DNA from: a bacterium
Lineage (GTDB): Bacteria; Patescibacteriota; Minisyncoccia; Phycocordibacterales; UBA2100
NCBI GenBank assembly: GCA_030674455.1
Contig: JAUSGQ010000035.1
Location: forward strand, 1 to 61,653
Length of the DNA stretch: 61,653 nt
Reading direction: 5' to 3'
The translations under genes and the position numbers were made by a program. The notes beneath the pieces are model-generated. The model was not told the DNA's origin and did not search any database. It saw only the letters and a list, made by a program, of their open reading frames with translations. This document shows, in pieces, positions 1 to 8,138 of this stretch; position 1 is the stretch's first letter, and each line of letters opens with the position of its first letter.

Positions 1-1
1 A

Positions 2-1135
2 GTAGGCCTGTAAGCCGCAGTTGGAAAGAATGGAAGCGCGAAGCGGGGCCGAAAGCTGGGCGAGATTTTGGTGCGCCAAAATAAGCGACAGCTTATACTT
101 GCGCGCCTCGGCGAGTATCTCCGTGAAGCTCTCGGTGGCGAAATTCTGAAACTCGTCTATGTAGAGATAGAACGGCACACGCTTGGAAGCTGGTATATCG
201 GTGCGGGAAAAAGCCGCCATTTGAATTTTCGCCAAGAGAAGCGCGCCCAATAAGTCCGCATTGCCTTTCAAGTGTCCGCGATCTAACTTCACTAAAAGTA
301 TTTTCTTATCGTCCATCACGTCGCGGAGATTGAAAGTGCTTTTAGGAGAAACGAACATTTGCCGCACGTTGTCGTCGGAGAGGAACGCATTAACTTTGTT
401 GAGAGTGGATTCTATCCACTCGTTGCGCGTATGCGGAGCAAGCGTATCAAAGCGTTCAAAATACTGGCGGCTGATGGGGTGTTTCACTTTCTCCAAAACA
501 AGCTTGCGGAAATTGAAGTCCGTTAGAAATAGCGGCACTTCGGCCAGCGTAAGATCGTTTTCAATGAGCGCGATAAGCGTATTTTTGAGCAAGTCCTCCA
601 TACGCGCGCCCCAAGAATCTTTCCAAATTTTCTTAAAGACCTCCACCAGCTCGCTCGCTACTCCCGCCGGAGATATGCCCTCCGTTTTTTCAAGCACATT
701 GAAACAAACTGTGTTGTCGGGGTCGGTCGGGTCAATCAGTATGACGCGCTTTCTCAAAAAATCCGGCTCGTCTTTTTTGAGCAGATACAGATAGCCCTTC
801 ACGTCTTCCGTCAGGTCGCCGTGCGCGTCTATGATCCCTAAGCCGTCGTCATTTTCAATATCCTGTTTCGCCAGCGACTCCAAAAACTTCGTCTTGCCTG
901 ACCCTGAAGCCCCGACGACGTAAAAGTGCGTTGAGCGATGTTCCTGCAAAACGCCTTTTAATACCCACTCCTCGTTCCCGTCGGCGTTTTCGGTCTGGGC
1001 GAAGCCCAGCGCCAATTCGTCGGGGTTAGGCACGCGCTGAATTATGACGGGCTCTTTCTTTTCGGGCTTGGGAGCAGGGGGCCGCTTCGGTTCAATTATT
1101 CCTACGCCCACCAGAAAATCATTCCACCACCCCAT
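2..1135 (-). CDS. VirD4/TraD/TrwB-like type IV coupling ATPase, 3' end runs off the window (absent from ORF track)
   Basis: Manual translation from ATG at 1135: MGWWNDFLVG...HRSTHFYVVGASGSGKT (Walker A)...IIDAHGD...WGARMEDLL...FYLYIDEFQNF (Walker B)...LAEARKYKLSLILAHQ. Open to the window edge and clearly paralogous to 13609-15351. Confidence 0.9.
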   Translation of the reverse strand, partial: MGWWNDFLVGVGIIEPKRPPAPKPEKKEPVIIQRVPNPDELALGFAQTENADGNEEWVLKGVLQEHRSTHFYVVGASGSGKTKFLESLAKQDIENDDGLGIIDAHGDLTEDVKGYLYLLKKDEPDFLRKRVILIDPTDPDNTVCFNVLEKTEGISPAGVASELVEVFKKIWKDSWGARMEDLLKNTLIALIENDLTLAEVPLFLTDFNFRKLVLEKVKHPISRQYFERFDTLAPHTRNEWIESTLNKVNAFLSDDNVRQMFVSPKSTFNLRDVMDDKKILLVKLDRGHLKGNADLLGALLLAKIQMAAFSRTDIPASKRVPFYLYIDEFQNFATESFTEILAEARKYKLSLILAHQNLAQLSAPLRASILSNCGLQAY

Positions 1136-1137
1136 AC

Positions 1138-1650
1138 TCAGACAATATTCAACATTCCCTTGGCCTGTGTATTTATCTTGGAGAAGTCCTGCTGGAGGTC
1201 GGTTGTAATTTGCTCTACCGAGCCGACGACGACACTATGGGCAATGCTCAGATAGGCCGAAATTATTTCTTTTTCAAAAATATTGCATATCGTCAGGTGT
1301 TCCTTTAAATTCGGCGCTAAGAGCCAGCGAGAAACAAGCAGATATGTACCGTAGTCGTGCGCGCCCACTACCGTTATATAAGGGCCGCCGATCATTTTCT
1401 CCTGATTGGTAAAATAAAAACATGGCCGCGAACCCTGCCCAGAGGTTTTAGTATCTCCAAAGAATCCGTCCACCTGCTCCCTCCCATACAGAAGGTTGGG
1501 AATTTCCTTCTCCTTCATTCGGCGTTCTATTTCTTCCCAAAGTTTTTCCGCTTTCCCTTTGGCTTCCGGCACAACTGCCTCCCAAGAACTAATAACCATA
1601 TTTGGCCCCATTCTGATGACACCTTCGGGGCGCGATGTGAAAAGTCCCAT
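1138..1650 (-). CDS. hypothetical protein (170 aa) between relaxase and coupling ATPase
   Basis: ORF tightly packed with neighbours on the same strand (2 bp and 28 bp gaps); no recognisable motif. Confidence 0.7.
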   Translation of the reverse strand: MGLFTSRPEGVIRMGPNMVISSWEAVVPEAKGKAEKLWEEIERRMKEKEIPNLLYGREQVDGFFGDTKTSGQGSRPCFYFTNQEKMIGGPYITVVGAHDYGTYLLVSRWLLAPNLKEHLTICNIFEKEIISAYLSIAHSVVVGSVEQITTDLQQDFSKINTQAKGMLNIV

Positions 1651-1678
1651 ACAAAGTTATAAATAAGCTGATAATGGT

Positions 1679-2548
1679 CTAGTAAACTATTGCCTGCGGC
1701 TCGTCGTTTTTGGGCGACTGCCACACAGCCGTTAGCAGGGCTTCCGGCGTAGCCGTATTGTATCGTGTTTCCGAAAGGAACAGATACATAGGGCTACCTT
1801 TGCGGCTGTCGTCCGCGTCCTTGGCCACACGGCAAAGGTTCCTCGCCCGACCTTCGTTGGGCGTTATCGTTAGCACGCGGAAATTGGAAATGCCGATTGT
1901 GTTTTTGAAGCTCTCCTCGCGGTTGTGCCGCCAATACATTTTCAATTTAGATAAGAATCTCGGCTCGTTCTCCGTTGCTCGGTCAGCTTCTAAAAAACAC
2001 GGATACTTGGCCGCCGCCGTTTCCAACACGAAAAAAGCGTCCGGCACTAACGGGGGATTTCCGCCGCGCTGCGATAACACCTTTTTCAAATCATATCCCT
2101 GCACCCAACGAGTAAGCTCCACATCAGGACGTTTTTTCAACGCGAGCATAAGACACACGCGGAATTGTGAAATCATCTGCGAGTGGGCGATGAGCGGCAG
2201 AGTGTGTTCGTTCTCTCGCACGCGGCGCAATATCCCTTCGCGCTCCTCCGCGTTTTTCGCCAATGTCTCCGCGCCTTTGCGACCGAGAGAATAGATAATA
2301 TGAGAGGAGGTGAGGTTCGCGGTTTTCTGAATTGCGGGGCGATCAAGATAGCCGTGCTGATAAAGCAAGCTCAATCGCTGTTTGATATTGCGAACTCCGC
2401 CAGTATGAAGTGAAAGAAGTTGCTCCGTGTTCAAAAACCGGAACTCCCACACATCGCGGAGGAGCGCAATGTCGCGGGGCTGTAATCGGAGGGGGTCGGC
2501 CACCCCACCACGAGAGAACTTTTGAAGACGAGGGTTAGGCTCACTCAT
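1679..2548 (-). CDS. Replication-relaxation (Replic_Relax) family protein, putative PD-(D/E)XK-fold relaxase
   Basis: N-terminal wHTH-like RDIALL..RFLNTEQL..RLSLL..GYL..YSLG, a conserved His (LIAHS), and VPDAFF...FLEADRATE...KLKMY nuclease-like motif; located upstream of a coupling ATPase. Confidence 0.8.
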   Translation of the reverse strand: MSEPNPRLQKFSRGGVADPLRLQPRDIALLRDVWEFRFLNTEQLLSLHTGGVRNIKQRLSLLYQHGYLDRPAIQKTANLTSSHIIYSLGRKGAETLAKNAEEREGILRRVRENEHTLPLIAHSQMISQFRVCLMLALKKRPDVELTRWVQGYDLKKVLSQRGGNPPLVPDAFFVLETAAAKYPCFLEADRATENEPRFLSKLKMYWRHNREESFKNTIGISNFRVLTITPNEGRARNLCRVAKDADDSRKGSPMYLFLSETRYNTATPEALLTAVWQSPKNDEPQAIVY

Positions 2549-2807
2549 TACCCTAAATTATACGCTTATCCGACCCCCGTTTCCGAGGCCTTCTTCCTTC
2601 CCGTCCTATCCTTTTATCCAGTCAGAACCCCCCCCGACTTGAAAAAAGAAACAGCAGGACGGAAGGAGAAGGCCGAGCCACCAGACGCGGCCCCCGCGAC
2701 ATTTCACGGAGCGCGGCCCAGCAGGGCGCGCGGAGTGAAGTAGGACTGCTGGTTTGAGAGGAGGCAGGGGTGCAAACGCCAGTGTTGAAGCCAGAAACGG
2801 AGAGACG

Positions 2808-2856
2808 TACCCCATCACTCCGAGGGTAGCCGCATGATGGGGTGAATGATGGGGTA
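2808..2856. repeat. TGATGGGGT motif x3 (one inverted, two direct), candidate oriT/operator
   Basis: TACCCCATCA at 2808-2817 is the reverse complement of TGATGGGGTA at 2847-2856; ATGATGGGGT is direct at 2834-2843 and 2846-2855. Confidence 0.55.
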
Positions 2857-3024
2857 AACGTCAGCAATTTTTGGTAAAATAAGTGCGCGCAAAGGTATAC
2901 TTAAGCACATCGGAAATTGTGATATTCTGAACTTAGGCTGTGTCGATAAAGACTGCAAAAGAACCGGGAGAAAGAACGGTCCGAACCATATTTTAATTTT
3001 GGAGGAAGAAAATCTTTTAATCAT

Positions 3025-3675
3025 ATGAATCAAAAAGGATTTTCAAATACATTGATTATTATTTTAGCTCTCGTCGTAATTGGCGGTATTGCCAGTTATT
3101 TTGTTTTCAATAAGACTTTCAATAATCCCCCGTGTCAATCATCAGATTACTGTAAAGACAGTTCATTCGTTCCAAGTGGACATGGCCGCGTGCCCGGCTG
3201 TGTTAATGTTCTGTTTGCTGGAGGTACTCGAAGAGAACAGGTGAAATCGCTACTCCAACAATTAAAACTAAAAGAACCGGCGGCTTTGTCTGAAGATGCT
3301 AAACCGTTCGGCGCTTTTGTGCCGACGCTAGAAGTGATCGTACATGATTTTGAACAAACCGCAGCTCTTCTTAAAAAGGATTCTAACGTGGTTGATGTTC
3401 AACTTCTTTATCGTTCACTAAATCCTGAGTCAGCGGACTATGGTGATTATCATATCTACGTACTCTTTATTGATTCAATGACACCTAGTCGGGCACGTCG
3501 GTTACTTAGCGATACCTATAAATTGCAAGCGAACCCTGGTATCCCAGACGGTGTTCCACTCAGGCTAGAGGTTCCCCCATGGTCAGTAAACTCAACGGTA
3601 AGAGCTTTGTGGTCATCCTCGATTGTTCAATTTGTCTTACAGTGTCCTGTTCAGGGCCCAGCACGCGCTAATTGA
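3025..3675 (+). CDS. membrane-anchored/secreted protein with prepilin-like (class III) N-terminus
   Basis: MNQKGF followed by a hydrophobic helix (TLIIILALVVIGGIASYFVF); lacks the canonical Glu5. Confidence 0.7.
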   Translation: MNQKGFSNTLIIILALVVIGGIASYFVFNKTFNNPPCQSSDYCKDSSFVPSGHGRVPGCVNVLFAGGTRREQVKSLLQQLKLKEPAALSEDAKPFGAFVPTLEVIVHDFEQTAALLKKDSNVVDVQLLYRSLNPESADYGDYHIYVLFIDSMTPSRARRLLSDTYKLQANPGIPDGVPLRLEVPPWSVNSTVRALWSSSIVQFVLQCPVQGPARAN

Positions 3676-3806
3676 TTTGAAAAGAGCTTTTTAAATTTAA
3701 AAGAACAAAGAGTATACTGCCAAAGAAAAATTGGAAATTGTTAAATCTTGCGGGGTGACGAGCCCCTACACAGGTGCAAACGGCTAGGAAGTGTATTATT
3801 GTAGGC

Positions 3807-4364
3807 ATGGCTTTCTACACAGGTAAGGGCGACAGCGGCACCACGAAACTTTTTGATTCTCCAAAGGGAAAGCGGGTCTCAAAATCCGCGCCGATTTTTG
3901 AGACCCTCGGAATGCTGGATGAATTAAATACGCTCACGGGTTGGTGCAGAGTTGCGGCGCCGAAGAAGCTCAAGGGAGGAGGGAAAACCGTTCTCGATAT
4001 TTTGCTTGACGTTCAGAATCATTTGTTTACTTTGCAGGCGGAAGTCGCCGGAGCACCGAAATCTGTTCCGCAAGAAAGTGTTGAATCTATGAACATGCTC
4101 ATCAACGAAATTGAGAAATCTTTGCCGGAAGTCAAAACGTTTCTTGTGCCAGGCGGGACGGAGTTCTCGGCTCGGCTCGATATCGCGCGTGCGGTTTCGC
4201 GTCGCGTCGAGCGCCGTCTCGTGCAGCTCCACGAATCAGAAGACCGCGCGATTTCCGATTCCAGCCGCGCATATGCCAACCGTCTCTCCTCGCTCTTTTA
4301 CGCATTAGTCCGGCTCGAAAATAATCGCGCGGGAGTTTCGGAACGGCCTCCGCAGTATCCATGA
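3807..4364 (+). CDS. pduO: PduO-type ATP:cob(I)alamin adenosyltransferase
   Basis: YTGKGDSGTT, GMLDELN, VQNHLF, FLVPGG, RAVSRRVERR and YANRLSSLFY motifs; start reassigned to ATG 3807. Confidence 0.92.
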   Translation: MAFYTGKGDSGTTKLFDSPKGKRVSKSAPIFETLGMLDELNTLTGWCRVAAPKKLKGGGKTVLDILLDVQNHLFTLQAEVAGAPKSVPQESVESMNMLINEIEKSLPEVKTFLVPGGTEFSARLDIARAVSRRVERRLVQLHESEDRAISDSSRAYANRLSSLFYALVRLENNRAGVSERPPQYP

Positions 4365-4397
4365 ACATCCTTACATACTTGAGAATGTAAGGATGTT
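4364..4397. repeat. 28-bp 11-6-11 palindrome family copy A inside a 13-bp-stem hairpin (possible terminator/operator)
   Basis: AACATCCTTACAT-acttgaga-ATGTAAGGATGTT; core 4367-4394 is ATCCTTACATA-CTTGAG-AATGTAAGGAT. Confidence 0.75.
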
Positions 4398-4424
4398 ATT
4401 AAAAATTAATTCAAAGGAAACATT

Positions 4425-5522
4425 ATGAGAAGATATCTGCCGAAAAATACACAGGAACTCATTAGGTGGTATGAGCGATACGTCTCACCCATCGCCCTCG
4501 TCGCGGGCTTTTTGGCGGATAACTACATTCTTCTGCGCCGCGTTGACCTTTGGACAAGCAATTTGCTTCTCTTTTTCTACCTTGCCGTCGCCGCGCTCTG
4601 CGTCGCGTTAAGCAATTTAATTGCGACAGGCCGACTGCAAAAACCTTTCTTGGTGAAAGCCGCTCCATTCATACCGGTTGTCGCGCAATTCGCCTTCGGC
4701 GGTCTTTTCAGCGGGTACGTAAGTTTGTACAGCAGAAGCGCTGCGTACTCCGCAAGTTGGATATTCGTCGTTCTTCTCGCGGCACTTTTACTTGGTAACG
4801 AGCGCTTCACGAGATTTTACGCACGGTTCACGTTTCAGACAGGCATTCTTTTTACCGTCTTGTTTTCGTTCCTCATTTTCTATCTGCCGGTCGTTCTTGG
4901 AAGCATCGGCCCGAGCATTTTTATCGCGAGCGGCATCTTGAGTTTGGGTATCATGACGTTGTTCATGAGACTGCTTGCGCATTTTATGCCGGAACATGTG
5001 CGGGCGCATCGCACGAAAATCGCACGCAGTATTGCAGTCATCTTCATCACATTCAACGTTCTCTATTTCTCTCACGCAATTCCTCCACTGCCCTTGGCGC
5101 TTAAATCAGCGGGCGTATATCACGACATAAAGAAAGAGGGCGATGCATATATCCTGCGCGCCGAGCCCGTTCCTTGGTATGAATCGTATCTTCGCTACAA
5201 CACTATCTATCACAAGACTGCGGATGAAACAGTGTTCGTATATTCCGCTGTATTTGCCCCCTCGAAATTCTCGACCACGATTCTTCACGAATGGGAGTAT
5301 TACGACGAGAACTCGAAGTCGTGGATTAAAACATCGACCTTCGGATTTCCCATCACGGGCGGACGAGACGGAGGATATCGCGGATTTTCACTCCGTGAAA
5401 GTATAAATGAGGGCAAATGGCGCGTGAATGTTAAAACCGGCAATGGGCTTATTATCGGACGTATTGCGTTTACGATTGAGGATGTTGATGTCCCTGTAAA
5501 GACCGTCGAAATTCGGAATTAA
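4425..5522 (+). CDS. DUF2914-domain multi-pass membrane protein
   Basis: About 7 TM helices then IPPLPLALK...VFVYSAVFAP...HEW...ITGGRDGGYRGFS...GKWRVNV, typical of DUF2914. Confidence 0.85.
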   Translation: MRRYLPKNTQELIRWYERYVSPIALVAGFLADNYILLRRVDLWTSNLLLFFYLAVAALCVALSNLIATGRLQKPFLVKAAPFIPVVAQFAFGGLFSGYVSLYSRSAAYSASWIFVVLLAALLLGNERFTRFYARFTFQTGILFTVLFSFLIFYLPVVLGSIGPSIFIASGILSLGIMTLFMRLLAHFMPEHVRAHRTKIARSIAVIFITFNVLYFSHAIPPLPLALKSAGVYHDIKKEGDAYILRAEPVPWYESYLRYNTIYHKTADETVFVYSAVFAPSKFSTTILHEWEYYDENSKSWIKTSTFGFPITGGRDGGYRGFSLRESINEGKWRVNVKTGNGLIIGRIAFTIEDVDVPVKTVEIRN

Positions 5523-5546
5523 ATATCACAGACATTTCAAAAAGCA

Positions 5547-5574
5547 TTGCGATTTCTTGGTTCATGGTTATGAT
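5547..5574 (+). promoter_or_regulatory. putative sigma70 promoter for tRNA-His
   Basis: TTGCGA-16 nt-TATGAT, ending 27 bp upstream of the tRNA. Confidence 0.45.
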
Positions 5575-5601
5575 GCGTGGTGCTACGCGCGTGGGCTGTA
5601 T

Positions 5602-5677
5602 GGCGGCTGTGGTGTAACGGTTAACATTGGAGCTTGTGGAGCTCTCGATTCGGGTTCGATTCCCGACAGCCGCCCCA
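5602..5677 (+). tRNA. tRNA-His (GTG)
   Basis: Acceptor GCGGCTG/CAGCCGC with G-1 and C73, anticodon loop TTGTGGA, T-loop GGTTCGATT, encoded CCA. Confidence 0.95.
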
Positions 5678-5755
5678 AAATAATTAAGTGAATGTCCCGC
5701 GAAATCGACTGTTAGAATGTTTTTGCAATTGTGGGATTGGGGTTACACTTTGTGT

Positions 5756-6247
5756 ATGAAAGGACTCGGACAAAGACCGCGAATGAATCCACTGTATGAG
5801 AAGCATAGAACTGTGCAAGTGGAAAATAGGGTCATTCGCTCTATTGCAGAAGATTATGCTAAAAGGGAGGGGCGCACCAAACCAATAATAAGGGATCGCA
5901 AGCACGCGAGGAATCTACTAAGCCGTGCGAGAGAGAATACCAATAGAATAATTCAAGAGGAACTTGTAGATACGGAGTTCAAACGGGATCCAAAATTACG
6001 TAAGGCATGGAATGATGCCCTAAAAAAGTCGGTAAAGAAGGTCAAACAAGCTCAAGCGGGTGGTAAAAGTGAGCTGGAAGTAAACTATAAGTTGATTGAC
6101 GAAATAATTGATTACATGCAGCGTAATGGCGATTTGCACGATGCGTTTAAAAACAGGGGAGACTTGCTCAATAAATTTATCGAACATCTGCAAAAACAGG
6201 CACCCTCAATTACGGAAAAAGAACTTCAAGAGCTCATTCATATTTAG
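5756..6247 (+). CDS. hypothetical charged helical protein downstream of tRNA-His
   Basis: ORF, AT-richer than flanks; start 5756 chosen because TACACT lies 6 nt upstream. Confidence 0.6.
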   Translation: MKGLGQRPRMNPLYEKHRTVQVENRVIRSIAEDYAKREGRTKPIIRDRKHARNLLSRARENTNRIIQEELVDTEFKRDPKLRKAWNDALKKSVKKVKQAQAGGKSELEVNYKLIDEIIDYMQRNGDLHDAFKNRGDLLNKFIEHLQKQAPSITEKELQELIHI

Positions 6248-6255
6248 GCATCTTT

Positions 6256-6801
6256 ATGACCGAAGAATCAAATGTCATGCAATCCGAAAATATTGCTGAA
6301 GTAAAGCATCACGCAGAAGTAGTGGAAAAGCGCGAGCATGCGATTTACGAGGTTTTTATCGGCGCCATAGTGATAAAGGGGGTGAATGCGACGCTCGAAA
6401 TTATCCTTGGCACGCTCCTATTGTTCACGGATGTTGTGGAAGACATCGTTTCTTTTCTAGTGCAGAAAGAGCTCATAGAGGACCCGAACAGCTTTGTCGC
6501 GACATACATTCAATCGCTTCTTTCGACAACGCCGCAGGCGCAATCATTCGGGGCGCTATACCTACTTAGTCACGGCATCGTGAAAGTATTTTTGATCATA
6601 GGACTTCTGCGGAACAAAGTATGGGCATACCCGGCGACGATGGCGGTGCTCACTCTCTTCATCGCGTATCAGCTCATTCGGTACCTTAATACGCATTCCA
6701 TTCTTCTTATTTTCCTTTCGATATTCGATGCGACGGTCATATGGCTCGTGTGGCACGAATACAAACGCCTTCAGCCGAAAGTTGTTGCAGGGAAATGCTG
6801 A
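6256..6801 (+). CDS. DUF2127 family membrane protein
   Basis: IKGVNATLEIILG...ALYLLSHGIVKVFL..GLLRNKVWAYP...D..VIWLVWHEY pattern. Confidence 0.8.
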   Translation: MTEESNVMQSENIAEVKHHAEVVEKREHAIYEVFIGAIVIKGVNATLEIILGTLLLFTDVVEDIVSFLVQKELIEDPNSFVATYIQSLLSTTPQAQSFGALYLLSHGIVKVFLIIGLLRNKVWAYPATMAVLTLFIAYQLIRYLNTHSILLIFLSIFDATVIWLVWHEYKRLQPKVVAGKC

Positions 6802-6814
6802 TATACTTATAGAC

Positions 6815-7021
6815 ATGTCGGAACAGGAAATAATACAGCGCCTTAATGCGCTCCAGCAAAAAATTGACGCCACATATATTTCCGCTGAAAAAACGCGCAA
6901 ATATTTTCTGACTGTTATTATTGTTTCGGTAATTGCATTTGTCTTGCCGCTAGTGGGTCTTTTCTTAGCAATTCCGTCATTTCTTTCGACGTACAGCGAC
7001 ATTAGCGGTCTGATCCAGTAG
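6815..7021 (+). CDS. small single-TM hypothetical protein
   Basis: MSEQEII...KIDATYISAEKTRKYF then a TM helix; TATACT 7 nt upstream of ATG 6815. Confidence 0.7.
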   Translation: MSEQEIIQRLNALQQKIDATYISAEKTRKYFLTVIIVSVIAFVLPLVGLFLAIPSFLSTYSDISGLIQ

Positions 7022-7130
7022 ACCGGGACTTCCCACACCTCTCGCCCTACGTTGCCAGTAAGAGGAAGTGATATAATTCGTCTAACATATTAATAGAGTA
7101 CTAACTGCGTGCCATTAACTTATAAAATAT

Positions 7131-7949
7131 ATGGAACAGCAATCTGTGCAGGAGATTATCAAGGCAACTCACAGGCCGCGCCAGGCGGCGGCTTGGGCTT
7201 TAGGGTTTTTGGCCCTTTTTTTGCTGGTTTCAACGATAACCGAGCTAAAGGGTTTGCGATACATAGGCAGCGGCGTTTCCGCGAGCAATACGATAAGTGT
7301 GAGCGGGGAAGGAGAAGTTTTTGCGGTTCCGGACACTGCAACATTTTCAGTAACAGTTCTTGAGAAAGCGAAAGAGGTGAAAGATGCGCAGGACGCTGCT
7401 ACCAAGAAAGTAAACGACATAATCGCATACCTAAAACAAGGCGGTATTGAGGAAAAAGATATCAAAACGACGGACTACAATATCAACCCCGATTATGAGT
7501 GGAAGCAGAGCGCATGTCCGCAGGGCGTCTTTTGCCCGCCGGGCAATCAGGTACTCGTTGGCTTTCAAGTTTCGCAGACACTTTCCGTGAAAGTACGCGA
7601 CACGAAGAAGGCCGGTGATTTGCTCTCGGGCGTGGGTTCGCGCGGAGCCACGCAAGTGAGCGGATTATCCTTTACGATAGACGATGAAGATGCGCTCAAA
7701 GCGCAGGCGCGCGATAAGGCGATAGCAGAGGCAAAGGAGAAGGCAAAAGCGCTTGCCAAATCTCTCGGCGTATCGCTTGTGCGCGTTGTCGGATTCAGCG
7801 AGAGCGGAGCAGGCGGCCCGATTTACTACGCGAAAGCTGCAATGTCGCTCGGACGCGGTGGCGCAGAGGATGCTTCTGTGGCTCCGGAAATTCCTGTGGG
7901 GGAAAATAAGATAGTCTCAAACGTTAACATTGTGTACGAGATTCGATAG
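7131..7949 (+). CDS. SIMPL domain (DUF541) protein
   Basis: TISVSGEGEVFAVPDTA, GIEEKDIKT, YNINPDY, ARDKAIAEAKEKA and IPVGE motifs. Confidence 0.92.
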   Translation: MEQQSVQEIIKATHRPRQAAAWALGFLALFLLVSTITELKGLRYIGSGVSASNTISVSGEGEVFAVPDTATFSVTVLEKAKEVKDAQDAATKKVNDIIAYLKQGGIEEKDIKTTDYNINPDYEWKQSACPQGVFCPPGNQVLVGFQVSQTLSVKVRDTKKAGDLLSGVGSRGATQVSGLSFTIDDEDALKAQARDKAIAEAKEKAKALAKSLGVSLVRVVGFSESGAGGPIYYAKAAMSLGRGGAEDASVAPEIPVGENKIVSNVNIVYEIR

Positions 7950-7961
7950 GAGGGACGTTCA

Positions 7962-8051
7962 AAGACCGGATGTTTTTTAACGGCCTATCGGGTAATGATA
8001 GGCACCTGTAGACGGGACAAATCACTCAAACCGTTAAAAACACCCGGTCTT
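7962..8051. repeat. long hairpin with shared core (copy 1), downstream of SIMPL gene
   Basis: About 21-bp outer inverted repeat AAGACCGG(A/G)TGTTTTTAACGG enclosing a core related to 16824-16921. Confidence 0.75.
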
Positions 8052-8138
8052 CTCTCTGAGGTTAGTAAAATACCAATCGCACGGTTTGTTGCGTGATTTC
8101 TCATAACGCGTTAGGGTGAATCAGCAAAACAATATCCT

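Larger units (their letters stand above)
1..3675. mobile_element. probable end of an integrative mobilizable element (relaxase + coupling protein + cargo); boundaries not defined
   Basis: Relaxase and coupling protein co-oriented, a long repeat-containing intergenic region, an AT-richer cargo gene, then backbone genes from 3807. No integrase or att site is visible in the window. Confidence 0.5.

Noticed and set aside
68-794. Plus-strand ORFs 68-253 and 261-794
   Set aside because: Antisense shadows of the minus-strand coupling ATPase (2-1135), which has clear motifs.
2522-3033. Several 70-81 aa ORFs upstream of the relaxase
   Set aside because: Mutually overlapping, no motifs; the region reads better as regulatory/oriT DNA.
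3748-3768. TTGCGGGGTGACGAG resembling a tRNA-Met end, as a possible att site
   Set aside because: The match is too short, and its orientation as a 3' fragment does not fit an element lying to the left.
5678-6247. Possible island integrated at tRNA-His
   Set aside because: No integrase and no duplicated tRNA 3' end seen; only one AT-rich ORF.
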